This document shows positions 43,499 through 52,250 of a stretch of DNA of 64,000 nucleotides, in pieces (the stretch's first letter is position 1; each line of letters starts with the position of its first letter). A model generated the notes under the pieces. The model had not been told where the DNA came from. It did no database searches and saw only the letters and a list, made by a program, of their open reading frames with translations. The position numbers and the translations under genes are program-made. Origin of the DNA: Candidatus Eiseniibacteriota bacterium (GTDB lineage Bacteria; Eisenbacteria; RBG-16-71-46; CAVPCR01); contig CAWGMA010000004.1 of the NCBI GenBank assembly GCA_963823555.1, positions 192,001 to 256,000 of the forward strand. Direction: 5' to 3'.

Positions 43499-45634
43499 AT
43501 GACGCTCGCGCTGCTGGCGATCGGCTTCATCTCGCTCCTGGCGCAAGTGGTCCTCCTCCGCGAGCTCAATGTTCTCTTCCAGGGCAGCGAGCTCAACATG
43601 GTGCTCGCGCTCGGCGTCTGGCTCCTGGGCACCGCGCTGGGAGCCGCTCATGCTGGCGGGAGTTCGGGCGCGGTCGATTCGGCAGGGAAGGAGCTTCCGG
43701 CAGGGCGGCGAGCAGCGATCGGGAGCGCCTTCCTCGCCGCGGCCTTTCTCATTCCCCTCGCCGTCATCTGGACCCGCGGTGCGCGACATGTGTTCGGCGG
43801 CGTGCCCGGCGCCTATCTGCCATTCCCCCGCCAGTTGCTCGCCACGGCGGTCGCGCTGATCCCGGTGTCCTTCACCTTGGGACTCCTGTTCCGGCTGGCA
43901 GCGTGCCGGGCCGTTGCGGGGGGGCGCACACTGGCGGCCGCCTACGCGATCGAGTGCGTGGGCGCGCTCCTGGGCGGCGGCGCGGCCACGCTCTTCCTCC
44001 GCGCCGGCGTTTCGAACCTGAGCGCGGCGCTGGGAGCTGCGCTCTTCGCTGCGGCCATGGTCCAACCACGACGGCGGCTCGGCCTGGTCTCGGGGGGAGC
44101 GCTACTGGCCGCGCTCGTGCTGGCGCCGGCTCTCGATCGGGGGATGACCGCTTGGGACTACCCGCACCTGATGGCCACGCGGGATTCTCCCTACGGGCGG
44201 GTCACGATCACGGCCTGGGGCGACCAGATCAATGTCTTCGAGAACGGTTCCCTGGCCTACGAGACCGGAGGAACGGCGGCCGAGGAGTTCGTCGCGTTCG
44301 CTGCCCTCGCGCATCCAGCGCCGCGGCGAGTGCTGATCCTGGGTGGGGGTACAGCCGGTATCGTGAACCAGGTGCTCGCCCACGGCCCGGCCGAGATCGT
44401 GAGCGTCGAGACCGACCGCGTGATCACGGCCACCATCGCCGGGCACCTTCCAGCCGACATGCGCGAAGGGCTTTCCTCGCCGCGTGTGCAGCTCGTCCAT
44501 GACGATCCCCGCCGCTACCTGATGCAGTCGAGTCGTGGTGCGGATCTCATCCTGGTAGGCATGCCGGAGCCGTCATCGGGGCAGACGAACCGGTATTACA
44601 CCCAGGAGTTCTTTGCCGAGTGCGCCGCGCGCTTGAATGCGCGCGGTGTCCTGGCCTTCCGGCTGCCGGGAGCCGAGAACTGGTGGTCACCGCCTCTGGT
44701 TGCCCGTCTGGCGAGTATCGAACGAGCGCTGGGGGCGGTCTTCACCGATGTACTGGTCCTTCCCGGCTCTGTGACCGTGGTCCTGGCCGCGATGGAACCG
44801 ATTTCCCGGGATCCAGCCGTGATGGCGACCCGATTGGTCGAGCGGGGGGTGTCTACACGTCTCGTGACGCCGGCCTATCTGCGATACGTGCTGACCAACG
44901 AACGGCGGGACGAGGTCGCGGCCCTGGTGGCGGCCGCCCAGGTGCCGACCAATCGCGATGCCCATCCAGCGTGCTATCGCTACACCCTGGCACTCTGGCT
45001 CTCCAAGTTCTATCCGGCGGTTGCGCGGTTCGAAGCGACGGACAGGATCGGCTGGCGCGCGGCCGGTGTGGGAGCCCTGGTGCTCGTTCTCCTGTGGTTC
45101 TGGACCCGGCGTCACCCGAGCGCGCGCCTGGCGGTCGTCGTGGCTGCTGCGGGCGGAATCGGCCTGGTGCTCGAGTCCATCCTGCTCCTGGCCTATCAGG
45201 CCCGTCGCGGTGTCCTCTATCAGGATCTGGGTCTCCTCCTCATGCTCTTCATGGCTGGACTGGCGCTCGGCGCCGCGACCGTGGCGCGGCTGGGACGAGG
45301 GGGCGAGGGCCCGAGGAGTCTCGTGCTCCTCGGCGGTCTTGCTGCCCTGAGCATGGCGCTCGCCATCAGGCTCGACCTCGGTGCCGGTCCAGGAAGGCTC
45401 GAAACCGGCGTGTGGCTCGTGGCTGCGGGCGCCGCGAGCGCCGGCGTGTTTGCGCAGGCCAGCCGTCTGGCGAGTGATGCGTTGCGCGCGGTCGGTCCAC
45501 TCTACGCGGCCGATGTGGCCGGGGGGTGTGTGGGTTCGCTGGCGGCGAGCTTGCTGCTCGTTCCTTTCGCGGGCCTCACGGTTGCGGCCCTCGTCATGGC
45601 GGCTCTCGCAGCCGTGACCGTGTTGTGGTGGTGA
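43499..45634 (+). CDS. Membrane protein with spermidine-synthase-like domain
   Basis: Many TM helices flanking DSPYG, LILGGG, DPRRYL, NRYYTQEFF; YAAD at C-terminus. Confidence 0.82.
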   Translation: MTLALLAIGFISLLAQVVLLRELNVLFQGSELNMVLALGVWLLGTALGAAHAGGSSGAVDSAGKELPAGRRAAIGSAFLAAAFLIPLAVIWTRGARHVFGGVPGAYLPFPRQLLATAVALIPVSFTLGLLFRLAACRAVAGGRTLAAAYAIECVGALLGGGAATLFLRAGVSNLSAALGAALFAAAMVQPRRRLGLVSGGALLAALVLAPALDRGMTAWDYPHLMATRDSPYGRVTITAWGDQINVFENGSLAYETGGTAAEEFVAFAALAHPAPRRVLILGGGTAGIVNQVLAHGPAEIVSVETDRVITATIAGHLPADMREGLSSPRVQLVHDDPRRYLMQSSRGADLILVGMPEPSSGQTNRYYTQEFFAECAARLNARGVLAFRLPGAENWWSPPLVARLASIERALGAVFTDVLVLPGSVTVVLAAMEPISRDPAVMATRLVERGVSTRLVTPAYLRYVLTNERRDEVAALVAAAQVPTNRDAHPACYRYTLALWLSKFYPAVARFEATDRIGWRAAGVGALVLVLLWFWTRRHPSARLAVVVAAAGGIGLVLESILLLAYQARRGVLYQDLGLLLMLFMAGLALGAATVARLGRGGEGPRSLVLLGGLAALSMALAIRLDLGAGPGRLETGVWLVAAGAASAGVFAQASRLASDALRAVGPLYAADVAGGCVGSLAASLLLVPFAGLTVAALVMAALAAVTVLWW

Positions 45635-45797
45635 GTGGTGTTGGAGCGAGCTCTCATGGGCAACACCTGGCCCGCGATATGGTATCTTCACGGACCGCTG
45701 TCCCGTTGTAGGGGAGGATCGTCGATGGCCATCGCCGCTTCCCGACCACGCTCGGTCTCTTGCCATTCGCGGCTCCGCGAAGAGCTGGAAGTCTGAC

Positions 45798-46610
45798 GTG
45801 TCCGGCGTGCGACGCATCCGGGCCGATTACGTGGCTGCCGCTGCGGTCCTGGCTCTGCTCGTGCACTGCCAGATGGACTATGCCTACGTGAGATCGTATG
45901 TCGACCAGGAGGTGCCCGCCGGTTCCGATGCAGAGGCCTGTGCCCTGAGTCTGGCCGCAGCCATTCATGCCGATGTTCCGCAGGTGCACGAAGATCCTTA
46001 TTTCATCGTTCCCGCTCTCAGCCCACTCGGCGCATCACCCACCTCTGTCTTGAAACAAGGAGGCTGCTGTTCCGGGATCACACGGCTGTATATTCTCGGT
46101 CTTGCAACCCAGGGCATTCGTGCTTCACAGGTGACGCTCTATCATGAGTCGGGCCGCGCCGTGCATTGCCTGTCCGAGGTGACGCTGCCCTCGGGCAAGT
46201 TGATCGTGGACCCTACCTACGGGTTCTACATCTCCGGTCGGAACGGGGAGGGCCTCAGCATCGAGCAGCTACAACAGGGCGCCACCCCATCGTTCTATGA
46301 CTTCAAGGGGCGGAGGCACGCCGGCTATCCAGGCGATGACTATTACCACTTCGACTACCGGCTGACGAAGACGGCAAACTGGACCAAGAGCTGGATCCGG
46401 CGTTCCGCGTACCGCGTTCTCCACGCCACGACTGCCGGGGGAGTCGATCGCCTGCGTCTCCACCCGGTGCTGGAGTGGCCGCAGGTGCTGATGACATTCC
46501 CCTTCCTGCTGATCCTCGTGTGTCGCGGCCGTCCAGCCTGGAAACCCAGAGGTCCGGCGTGGTTGGATCGCGTGATGCGGGAGGACGATACGATCCGGAA
46601 CCGCGGGTAG
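45798..46610 (+). CDS. Transglutaminase-like protein (start uncertain)
   Basis: GGCCSG, H..SEV, VDPTYG suggest a Cys-His-Asp triad. Confidence 0.55.
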   Translation: MSGVRRIRADYVAAAAVLALLVHCQMDYAYVRSYVDQEVPAGSDAEACALSLAAAIHADVPQVHEDPYFIVPALSPLGASPTSVLKQGGCCSGITRLYILGLATQGIRASQVTLYHESGRAVHCLSEVTLPSGKLIVDPTYGFYISGRNGEGLSIEQLQQGATPSFYDFKGRRHAGYPGDDYYHFDYRLTKTANWTKSWIRRSAYRVLHATTAGGVDRLRLHPVLEWPQVLMTFPFLLILVCRGRPAWKPRGPAWLDRVMREDDTIRNRG

Positions 46611-46651
46611 AAGCGCTCCATGGCGGTCTTCTCCCGTATGCGGAGATCTTG

Positions 46652-47623
46652 ATGAACGAACTCCTGGCCATTCTGGGTGCCCTGTTCAGCTTCCTGGTCC
46701 CGGCGTGCGCCCATGCTCAGCAGATGGCCGACCCCACGTTCCATCCCACGGTGACGGAACCGGCGTTTGTGAGCCGCCACCCGCGGATTCTCTTCGACGA
46801 GGCGCACCACAACTTCCACACCCTGGATGGGCGCTATCAGGCCTTCGGCGAATTGATGCGCGCCGATGGGTTCACGACGGCTCCGAACCGGAGGCCATTC
46901 GCGGCGGAATCGCTGGCGGGAGCCGACATCCTCGTGATCGCCAACGCCATGGGCGACGATCCGGCGACGGGGACCGACTCCACCGTGGCGCTCTCCGCCT
47001 TCACGGCCGATGAGATCGAGGTCGTGCACGCCTGGGTGAGCGCGGGCGGGGCGCTGCTCCTCATTGCCGATCACGCTCCGTTCGGCTCGGCGGCGGCGAG
47101 TCTGGGCGAGCGTTTCGGCGTCCACATGAGCCGGGGATATACGGTCGACAGTCTCCAGGCCGCCGGGTCGGGCAGCCCCACCATCATTCAGTTCACCCGC
47201 CAGGACGGAACCCTGGGCGATCACCCGATCATGGTCGGGAGGAACGAGAAGGAGCGTATCAACAAGGTGGTCGCCTTCACGGGCCAGTCGCTCCTCGGTC
47301 CTGCAGACTCGACCCCGCTCATGATCCTCTCCGCCGACGCCTTCGATATCCCGCGCCGGCTGTCGCAGATCGAGGGTGGCAAGGATGCGCTGATGAAGGT
47401 GGCGGTTCCAGCCCGAGGGCGATCGATGGCCGTAGCCATGCCGTTGGGGAAGGGGCGCGTAGTGATTCAGGGGGAGGCGGCGATGCTGTCGGCACAGGTG
47501 GTCGAGCAGGGGCCGGGGCAGGAGCCCTACAGGTTCGGCATGAACCAGGCTGGGTTGGACAACCAGCAGTTTGCGTTGAACGAAATGAGATGGCTGGCCG
47601 GGTCGTTGGATCGGGTGCGATGA
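46652..47623 (+). CDS. Secreted DUF4350/GldG-like protein
   Basis: Signal peptide; ILFDEAHHNFH, GGALLLIADH, GKGRVV, DNQQFALN..RWL. Confidence 0.7.
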   Translation: MNELLAILGALFSFLVPACAHAQQMADPTFHPTVTEPAFVSRHPRILFDEAHHNFHTLDGRYQAFGELMRADGFTTAPNRRPFAAESLAGADILVIANAMGDDPATGTDSTVALSAFTADEIEVVHAWVSAGGALLLIADHAPFGSAAASLGERFGVHMSRGYTVDSLQAAGSGSPTIIQFTRQDGTLGDHPIMVGRNEKERINKVVAFTGQSLLGPADSTPLMILSADAFDIPRRLSQIEGGKDALMKVAVPARGRSMAVAMPLGKGRVVIQGEAAMLSAQVVEQGPGQEPYRFGMNQAGLDNQQFALNEMRWLAGSLDRVR

Positions 47624-47636
47624 GAACGATCGAGGC

Positions 47637-47837
47637 ATGAGGGCTCGTCCAGTGGAAGACACCTTCCTGGTGACATGTCCCTACTGCAGTGAGGTTGTGG
47701 AGATCTACCTCGAACCCGATGTCTCGGGGGAGCTGGTCCAGGATTGTGAGATCTGCTGCAACCCGTGGCTCCTCCGGATCCGGGACGGCAGAGCGGGGCG
47801 CCAGGTCACGGTGGGTCGTGCCGACGGTTCCGAGTGA
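47637..47837 (+). CDS. CPXCG-motif cysteine-rich small protein
   Basis: CPYCSE...QDCEICCNP. Confidence 0.8.
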   Translation: MRARPVEDTFLVTCPYCSEVVEIYLEPDVSGELVQDCEICCNPWLLRIRDGRAGRQVTVGRADGSE

Positions 47838-48006
47838 GTCCGGTGAGCAACGCCGCGAAGCGTGGTGCCACGCAGCCGCGGAGCGCTTCCCGGGCGGCCA
47901 GCTCGGCCTCGCGGCGCGCCTGCGGCTGGAAACCGAGCCCGAGATGGAGCTGGACGGCGATCACGTTCGCCGATCCCGCGTCATGCCGAGCTCGAGCATG
48001 CCGCAC

Positions 48007-48333
48007 TCACTTGAGCTTTCGGGACTGACAGCATCGGCGCCCGCCCAGGTGCACCGGGCCGCCCTCAATCCTCAGCGCCTTGCCGTGAACGAGCATCTCC
48101 GCCGCCTTGCGATGTGCCGCTTCGATGATGCGGCTGAACGTCGGACGGGAGACATTCATCCGGGCCGCCGCTGCGTCCTGGTAGAGCCCCTCCAGATCGG
48201 CAAGCCTGAGCGCCTCGTATTCATCGAGCGTCATCACAACTTCATCGAGTTCGCCGATGGGCACTGCAATGGGTTTGAAGATCGATACGGGCGGTCTGCG
48301 GGCAATGTGGCGGGAGGAAAAGGGTCTGGGCAC
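48007..48333 (-). CDS. DUF134 family DNA-binding protein
   Basis: PRP, FKP, DEYEALRLADLEGLYQ, MNVSRPTF, AHRK.A..LV.GKALRIEGG. Confidence 0.9.
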   Translation of the reverse strand: MPRPFSSRHIARRPPVSIFKPIAVPIGELDEVVMTLDEYEALRLADLEGLYQDAAAARMNVSRPTFSRIIEAAHRKAAEMLVHGKALRIEGGPVHLGGRRCCQSRKLK

Positions 48334-48352
48334 GGGTTCACCTCGTCCCGAT

Positions 48353-48382
48353 ATGTTAAAGACATAGGTTCATAAAGGTCAA
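48353..48382 (-). promoter_or_regulatory. Sigma-70 promoter of the DUF134 gene
   Basis: TTGACC-N18-TAACAT, then RBS GAGGTG and GTG start. Confidence 0.65.
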
Positions 48383-48579
48383 GACCCAATCCATTCAGCA
48401 TGAGCCGGTGAGTGATCGATATCCGGCAGCGACTGCGAATGGCAATGTATCTTTATTGCAGGTCCAGCTTTCCACGACTGGATTGGACTTGACTGCCGGC
48501 GGTGGTGAGGGAGAATGGCCACCTTGTTGATCGATGGGTCCCGGAATGCAATCCAGAGTCCCCTACCAGGAGTGATCCG

Positions 48580-48918
48580 ATGGCACGGAAGAAGATGGGT
48601 CGACGGTACTCGACGGAGCAGAAGCTCGAGGTCATACGCCGCGTGCAGGGCGGTGAGAGCCAGAAGGCCGTTGCCAGGGACACCGGGATCTCGTCCTGGA
48701 CGATTGGCTACTGGGTGAGAGGCGCCAAGGCCGGGCGCACGCCGGGGCGCAAGCCTGGACGTCCTCGTGCCACTCAGGTTGTGCGCCTGCAGGCGCCGCG
48801 CGCCAGCCGCCGGGTTGAGGAGATCGCCTGGGCTCTCGACGGGGATGTCCTCGTGGTGCGAATTCCGCTTCGCCAGTTCGTGCGTCAGCTGGCGCAGCGG
48901 GCACTGGAACACATCTAG
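48580..48918 (+). CDS. Small HTH protein resembling transposase OrfA
   Basis: RRYSTEQKLEVIRRV..GES...VARDTGIS..TI..WVR; RBS AGGAG; no DDE gene nearby. Confidence 0.7.
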   Translation: MARKKMGRRYSTEQKLEVIRRVQGGESQKAVARDTGISSWTIGYWVRGAKAGRTPGRKPGRPRATQVVRLQAPRASRRVEEIAWALDGDVLVVRIPLRQFVRQLAQRALEHI

Positions 48919-49047
48919 CCGGTGGTCGCGCCTGCTCGATGGACAGTCGGCATCGACCGGGTATACCCTTGAACTCGAAGGCAACGGTCGTGGTGCGGCC
49001 GGCGTCGTGAGCATTCCCCTGATCCGCGTTCGAGAGACGACGACCCG

Positions 49048-49875
49048 TTGAGTGACAGCGCCGAAAATGGCTTGCTCAGCATCGTGATCCCGGTGCGTGA
49101 CGAAGAGGAGAGCGTCCTCCGACTCGCCAGCGAGATCGCGAGCGCCTTCTCCGGCGTGTCCTTCCGGTGGGAAGTGGTATGGGTGGACGACGGATCGACC
49201 GACTCGACCGCTACCCGGCTCGGCCAGTTGAACGCTCCTCACCGGCTCGTTCGCCTCGACCGCAACTGCGGCCAGTCCGCGGCGCTTGTCGCCGGTTTCC
49301 TCGCTGCCCGAGGCACGTGGATCGGAACCCTCGATGGCGACGGCCAGAATGATCCAGCCGATCTACTGCGTCAGCTCGAGCACGCATTGCGGTTCGATTT
49401 CGACATGGTGAATGGGATCCGCGTGGATCGACGCGACAGCTTCATGCGCCGTGTCGCTTCCCGGATCGCCAATGCGTCGCGTAACCTGATCGTCGGTGAT
49501 CGGGTATCCGATGTCGGTTGCTCCACCCGGGTGCTACGGCGGGAAGCGGCCATCCAGGCACCCTATTTCCACGGTATGCATCGCTTCCTACCGACGCTGG
49601 TCCGCATGCGAGGCTTCACCGTTACCGAGATTCCCGTCGGCCACCGGCCACGGCACGCAGGGCGAAGCAAGTACGCCATCCACAGTCGGCTGTGGTCGGG
49701 AATCGGGGACCTCTTTGGCGTGCGCTGGCTCGTTGCGCGCCAGCGCGTCTGGAAAGCGGCCGAATATGTTGGCGCGTCACCGGCTTCGCTCCATGATTCC
49801 ATTGCCAAGGGGCCAGTGGCCGATGCCGAGTCCATGAGCACCCCGCCCATGGCTCGAGCTCATGATGAGAGATGA
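49048..49875 (+). CDS. GT2 glycosyltransferase (DPM1/ArnC-like)
   Basis: SIVIP, VDDGSTD, NCGQSAAL, DGDGQNDP, GMHRFLP, HRPR.AG.SKY. Confidence 0.92.
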   Translation: MSDSAENGLLSIVIPVRDEEESVLRLASEIASAFSGVSFRWEVVWVDDGSTDSTATRLGQLNAPHRLVRLDRNCGQSAALVAGFLAARGTWIGTLDGDGQNDPADLLRQLEHALRFDFDMVNGIRVDRRDSFMRRVASRIANASRNLIVGDRVSDVGCSTRVLRREAAIQAPYFHGMHRFLPTLVRMRGFTVTEIPVGHRPRHAGRSKYAIHSRLWSGIGDLFGVRWLVARQRVWKAAEYVGASPASLHDSIAKGPVADAESMSTPPMARAHDER

Positions 49876-50297
49876 GAACTGAGCAACGGACCTTGGTCCT
49901 GACAGTCTGCCTTCTCCTGATGAGCACGATCTGTCTGGCCACATCAGGAGCCGACCCAGACCCCCGCGACGCCGGTCTGTCCCGTGCCTGGCTCGTTTTC
50001 GGCTTCGCCGCTCAGGCTGTCTTCGGCTTGCGGTTTCTGATCCAGTGGATCGCCTCGGAACGGGAACATGCGAGCGTGGTGCCACGCGGCTTCTGGGTGC
50101 TCAGTCTGGTGGGAGGGCTGTCGCTTCTGGTGTACTTCGTGCGGCGAGGCGATCCTGTCGGCATGGCAGGCCAGATCTTCGGCGTCATCGTCTACTCGCG
50201 AAATCTCTACCTGCTTGCTCGGCAGCGCCGAAGGCGCGAAGCCGAACAGGCTGCCACGATGACGCCGGGGTTCAAGCGCCCGGCGGCATCCGCCTAG
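49872..50297 (+). CDS. Lipid A biosynthesis N-terminal (LAB_N) domain membrane protein
   Basis: GFAAQ..F..RFLIQWIASE, SVVP..FW..S..GG, DPV, YSRNL. Confidence 0.88.
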   Translation: MRTEQRTLVLTVCLLLMSTICLATSGADPDPRDAGLSRAWLVFGFAAQAVFGLRFLIQWIASEREHASVVPRGFWVLSLVGGLSLLVYFVRRGDPVGMAGQIFGVIVYSRNLYLLARQRRRREAEQAATMTPGFKRPAASA

Positions 50298-50403
50298 CGG
50301 GGATGGGATGTGTCCGGAGTCCTCCGGCGGGAGTCGGGCGCAGGCACCTATCCGCAGGCGCTTGGTCAGCATCTTCCTGCCCGCTCCCCGGTTATGCGAC
50401 CCC

Positions 50404-50691
50404 CTAGTGAGTGAAGCGGGCTCGGGCTCGATCCACCGCCTCGCCAAGCGTTGCCAACGCCTCTTCAACGCCGGTCTGCAGATCCTTCCAGGCCTCACCT
50501 CCGGCCTCCCGGAGTTCCTCCAGCTGAGAGTTCGCCGCGTCACGCCGTGCGCACAGCTGCTCGATCTGCTTCCTGAACTCCTCCTGCGCCTCGGCCTGAG
50601 TGACCTGCGCCGTGTTCTCGATGCGGTTGATCTCGGCGTTCCACAGGTCGAGACGCATCTTCAGCCTCTCGATCAGCTCATCACGGTTCAT
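50404..50691 (-). CDS. Small coiled-coil protein (sll1863-like)
   Basis: LDLWNAEI...L.ELR.AG.EAWKDL..GVE.A...L.EAV..A..RF. Confidence 0.75.
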   Translation of the reverse strand: MNRDELIERLKMRLDLWNAEINRIENTAQVTQAEAQEEFRKQIEQLCARRDAANSQLEELREAGGEAWKDLQTGVEEALATLGEAVDRARARFTH

Positions 50692-50912
50692 GATCGGGTC
50701 CTCCGTTCAGTGGCGCCACCGGAGTGGCTTTGGCTCGAGAGCCAGTGGTGGTACTCTCCCTTCAGGGACAGCAGATGCCTTTGCTGCCAAGACTATGATC
50801 AATGGGCGCCGTGCGCGACCCGAAACGGTTTCATGGGATCCCCCATGCGCTGGATATGCATGCAGAACACCGCCGCGAGCGGTGAGTTCACCAGTGATGC
50901 GGCCCTCGCTTC

Positions 50913-50928
50913 TGGTATGGCTTTCGCT
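50913..50928 (+). promoter_or_regulatory. Candidate sigma-54 promoter
   Basis: TGGTATGGCTTTCGCT with -24/-12 spacing, about 65 bp upstream of ATG 50994. Confidence 0.5.
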
Positions 50929-50993
50929 GGGCAAGATCCGTACCACTGCGAGCCAGGGAGCCGAGGCCCATCATCGGGTGGGAGAAGAGTGCC

Positions 50994-52148
50994 ATGGATG
51001 TGATCACCGCTTCCGATCTGAAGTTGCTGGCGAGTCGATCCCAAGGACCGTGGGTGTCGCTGTTCCAGCCGACCCATCGGGGTGGGCCGGACATCCGACA
51101 GGATCCCATCCGCTTCAAGAATCTGGCGCGACAAGCGGAGGAGCAACTGCGGGCGCTCGGGTGGCGGGCCGGCGAGATCGAGGACTTCCTCGCTCCCGCC
51201 TGGCGCGTGTTCGAGGATGCAGCTTTCTGGCGATTTCAAAGCGATGGTCTCGCCACCTTCATTGCATCAGATTTGCTGCAGTGCTTCCGGGTGCCGGTTG
51301 CCTTCGATGAGCTCGTGGTGGTCGCCGATCGACCGCACTTGAAGCCGCTGCTCACCCTCTTGACCGGAGATGGTCTCTTCTATCTCCTCGCTCTCAGTCA
51401 GAACGAAGTGCGACTCTTTGCCTGCACACGGGAGCGCGTGGACGAGATCGATCTCACCGGCGTTCCACGGAGCCTTGCCGAGGCCTTGCCGTTCGATGAT
51501 CCGGAGCGGCAGCTCCAGTACCACACCGGGACTCCCGGAGGCGGGGCGGGTGGAGGTCGAGCGGCCATCTTCCATGGTCACGGGACTGGCATCGACGACA
51601 GCAAGGTCAACGTGCTGCGCTTCTTTCGGCTTGTCGATCGCGGCCTGAGCCGCTACCTCAAACACTCGTCGGCACCGCTGGTACTGGCCGGGGTCGAGTT
51701 CCTGTTGCCGCTCTACCGCGAGGCCAACTCGTATCCGGTCGTGGCTCCGGAGGGGGTGCTCGGCAATCCCGATGGTGTGAGTCCGGAGATGCTCCATGCT
51801 CGGGCCTGGCCCTTGGTCGAGCCCCACTTCGCCCGCACGCGCGAGGCGGCGGCGGCGCGCTATCGCGAGCTGGCCGGGACCGGGCGCACGGCGGCCGACA
51901 TCCGCCACGTGCTCCCCGCTGTCTTCCAGGGTCGGGTGGATACCCTCTTCGTGGCTGTTGGCGACCAGATCTGGGGGACGTTCGATCCCGGATCCAGCGC
52001 CTTGAGCCTCCACGACCGGCCCGCGCCCGGTGATGAGGACTTGCTGAACTTGGCTGCTCTCGAGACCGCCCTCAACGGTGGGACGGTCTACGCTGTTCCG
52101 GCTGCGCAGGTTCCGGAGGCGCCGCTGTCGGCTGTGTTCCGCTACTGA
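50994..52148 (+). CDS. Bacterial archaeo-eukaryotic release factor family protein (baeRF3/7-like)
   Basis: VSLFQPTHR, FKNL, HLKPLL, FHGHG, PLVLAGV, GNPD, GRVDTLF, EDLLN, terminal FRY. Confidence 0.85.
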   Translation: MDVITASDLKLLASRSQGPWVSLFQPTHRGGPDIRQDPIRFKNLARQAEEQLRALGWRAGEIEDFLAPAWRVFEDAAFWRFQSDGLATFIASDLLQCFRVPVAFDELVVVADRPHLKPLLTLLTGDGLFYLLALSQNEVRLFACTRERVDEIDLTGVPRSLAEALPFDDPERQLQYHTGTPGGGAGGGRAAIFHGHGTGIDDSKVNVLRFFRLVDRGLSRYLKHSSAPLVLAGVEFLLPLYREANSYPVVAPEGVLGNPDGVSPEMLHARAWPLVEPHFARTREAAAARYRELAGTGRTAADIRHVLPAVFQGRVDTLFVAVGDQIWGTFDPGSSALSLHDRPAPGDEDLLNLAALETALNGGTVYAVPAAQVPEAPLSAVFRY

Positions 52149-52250
52149 GGACCGACCTCCCCGCCGGCTGGTCGCTCTTACCAAGTCGCTGCCGAGCGGG
52201 TATCCTGCCGTCAACAGGCCGGCGATGTCTTTCCACCCCACAGGTGAATC

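Noticed and set aside
48400..49050. Complete insertion sequence
   Set aside because: Only an HTH ORF is present; no DDE transposase, terminal inverted repeats or target-site duplication seen
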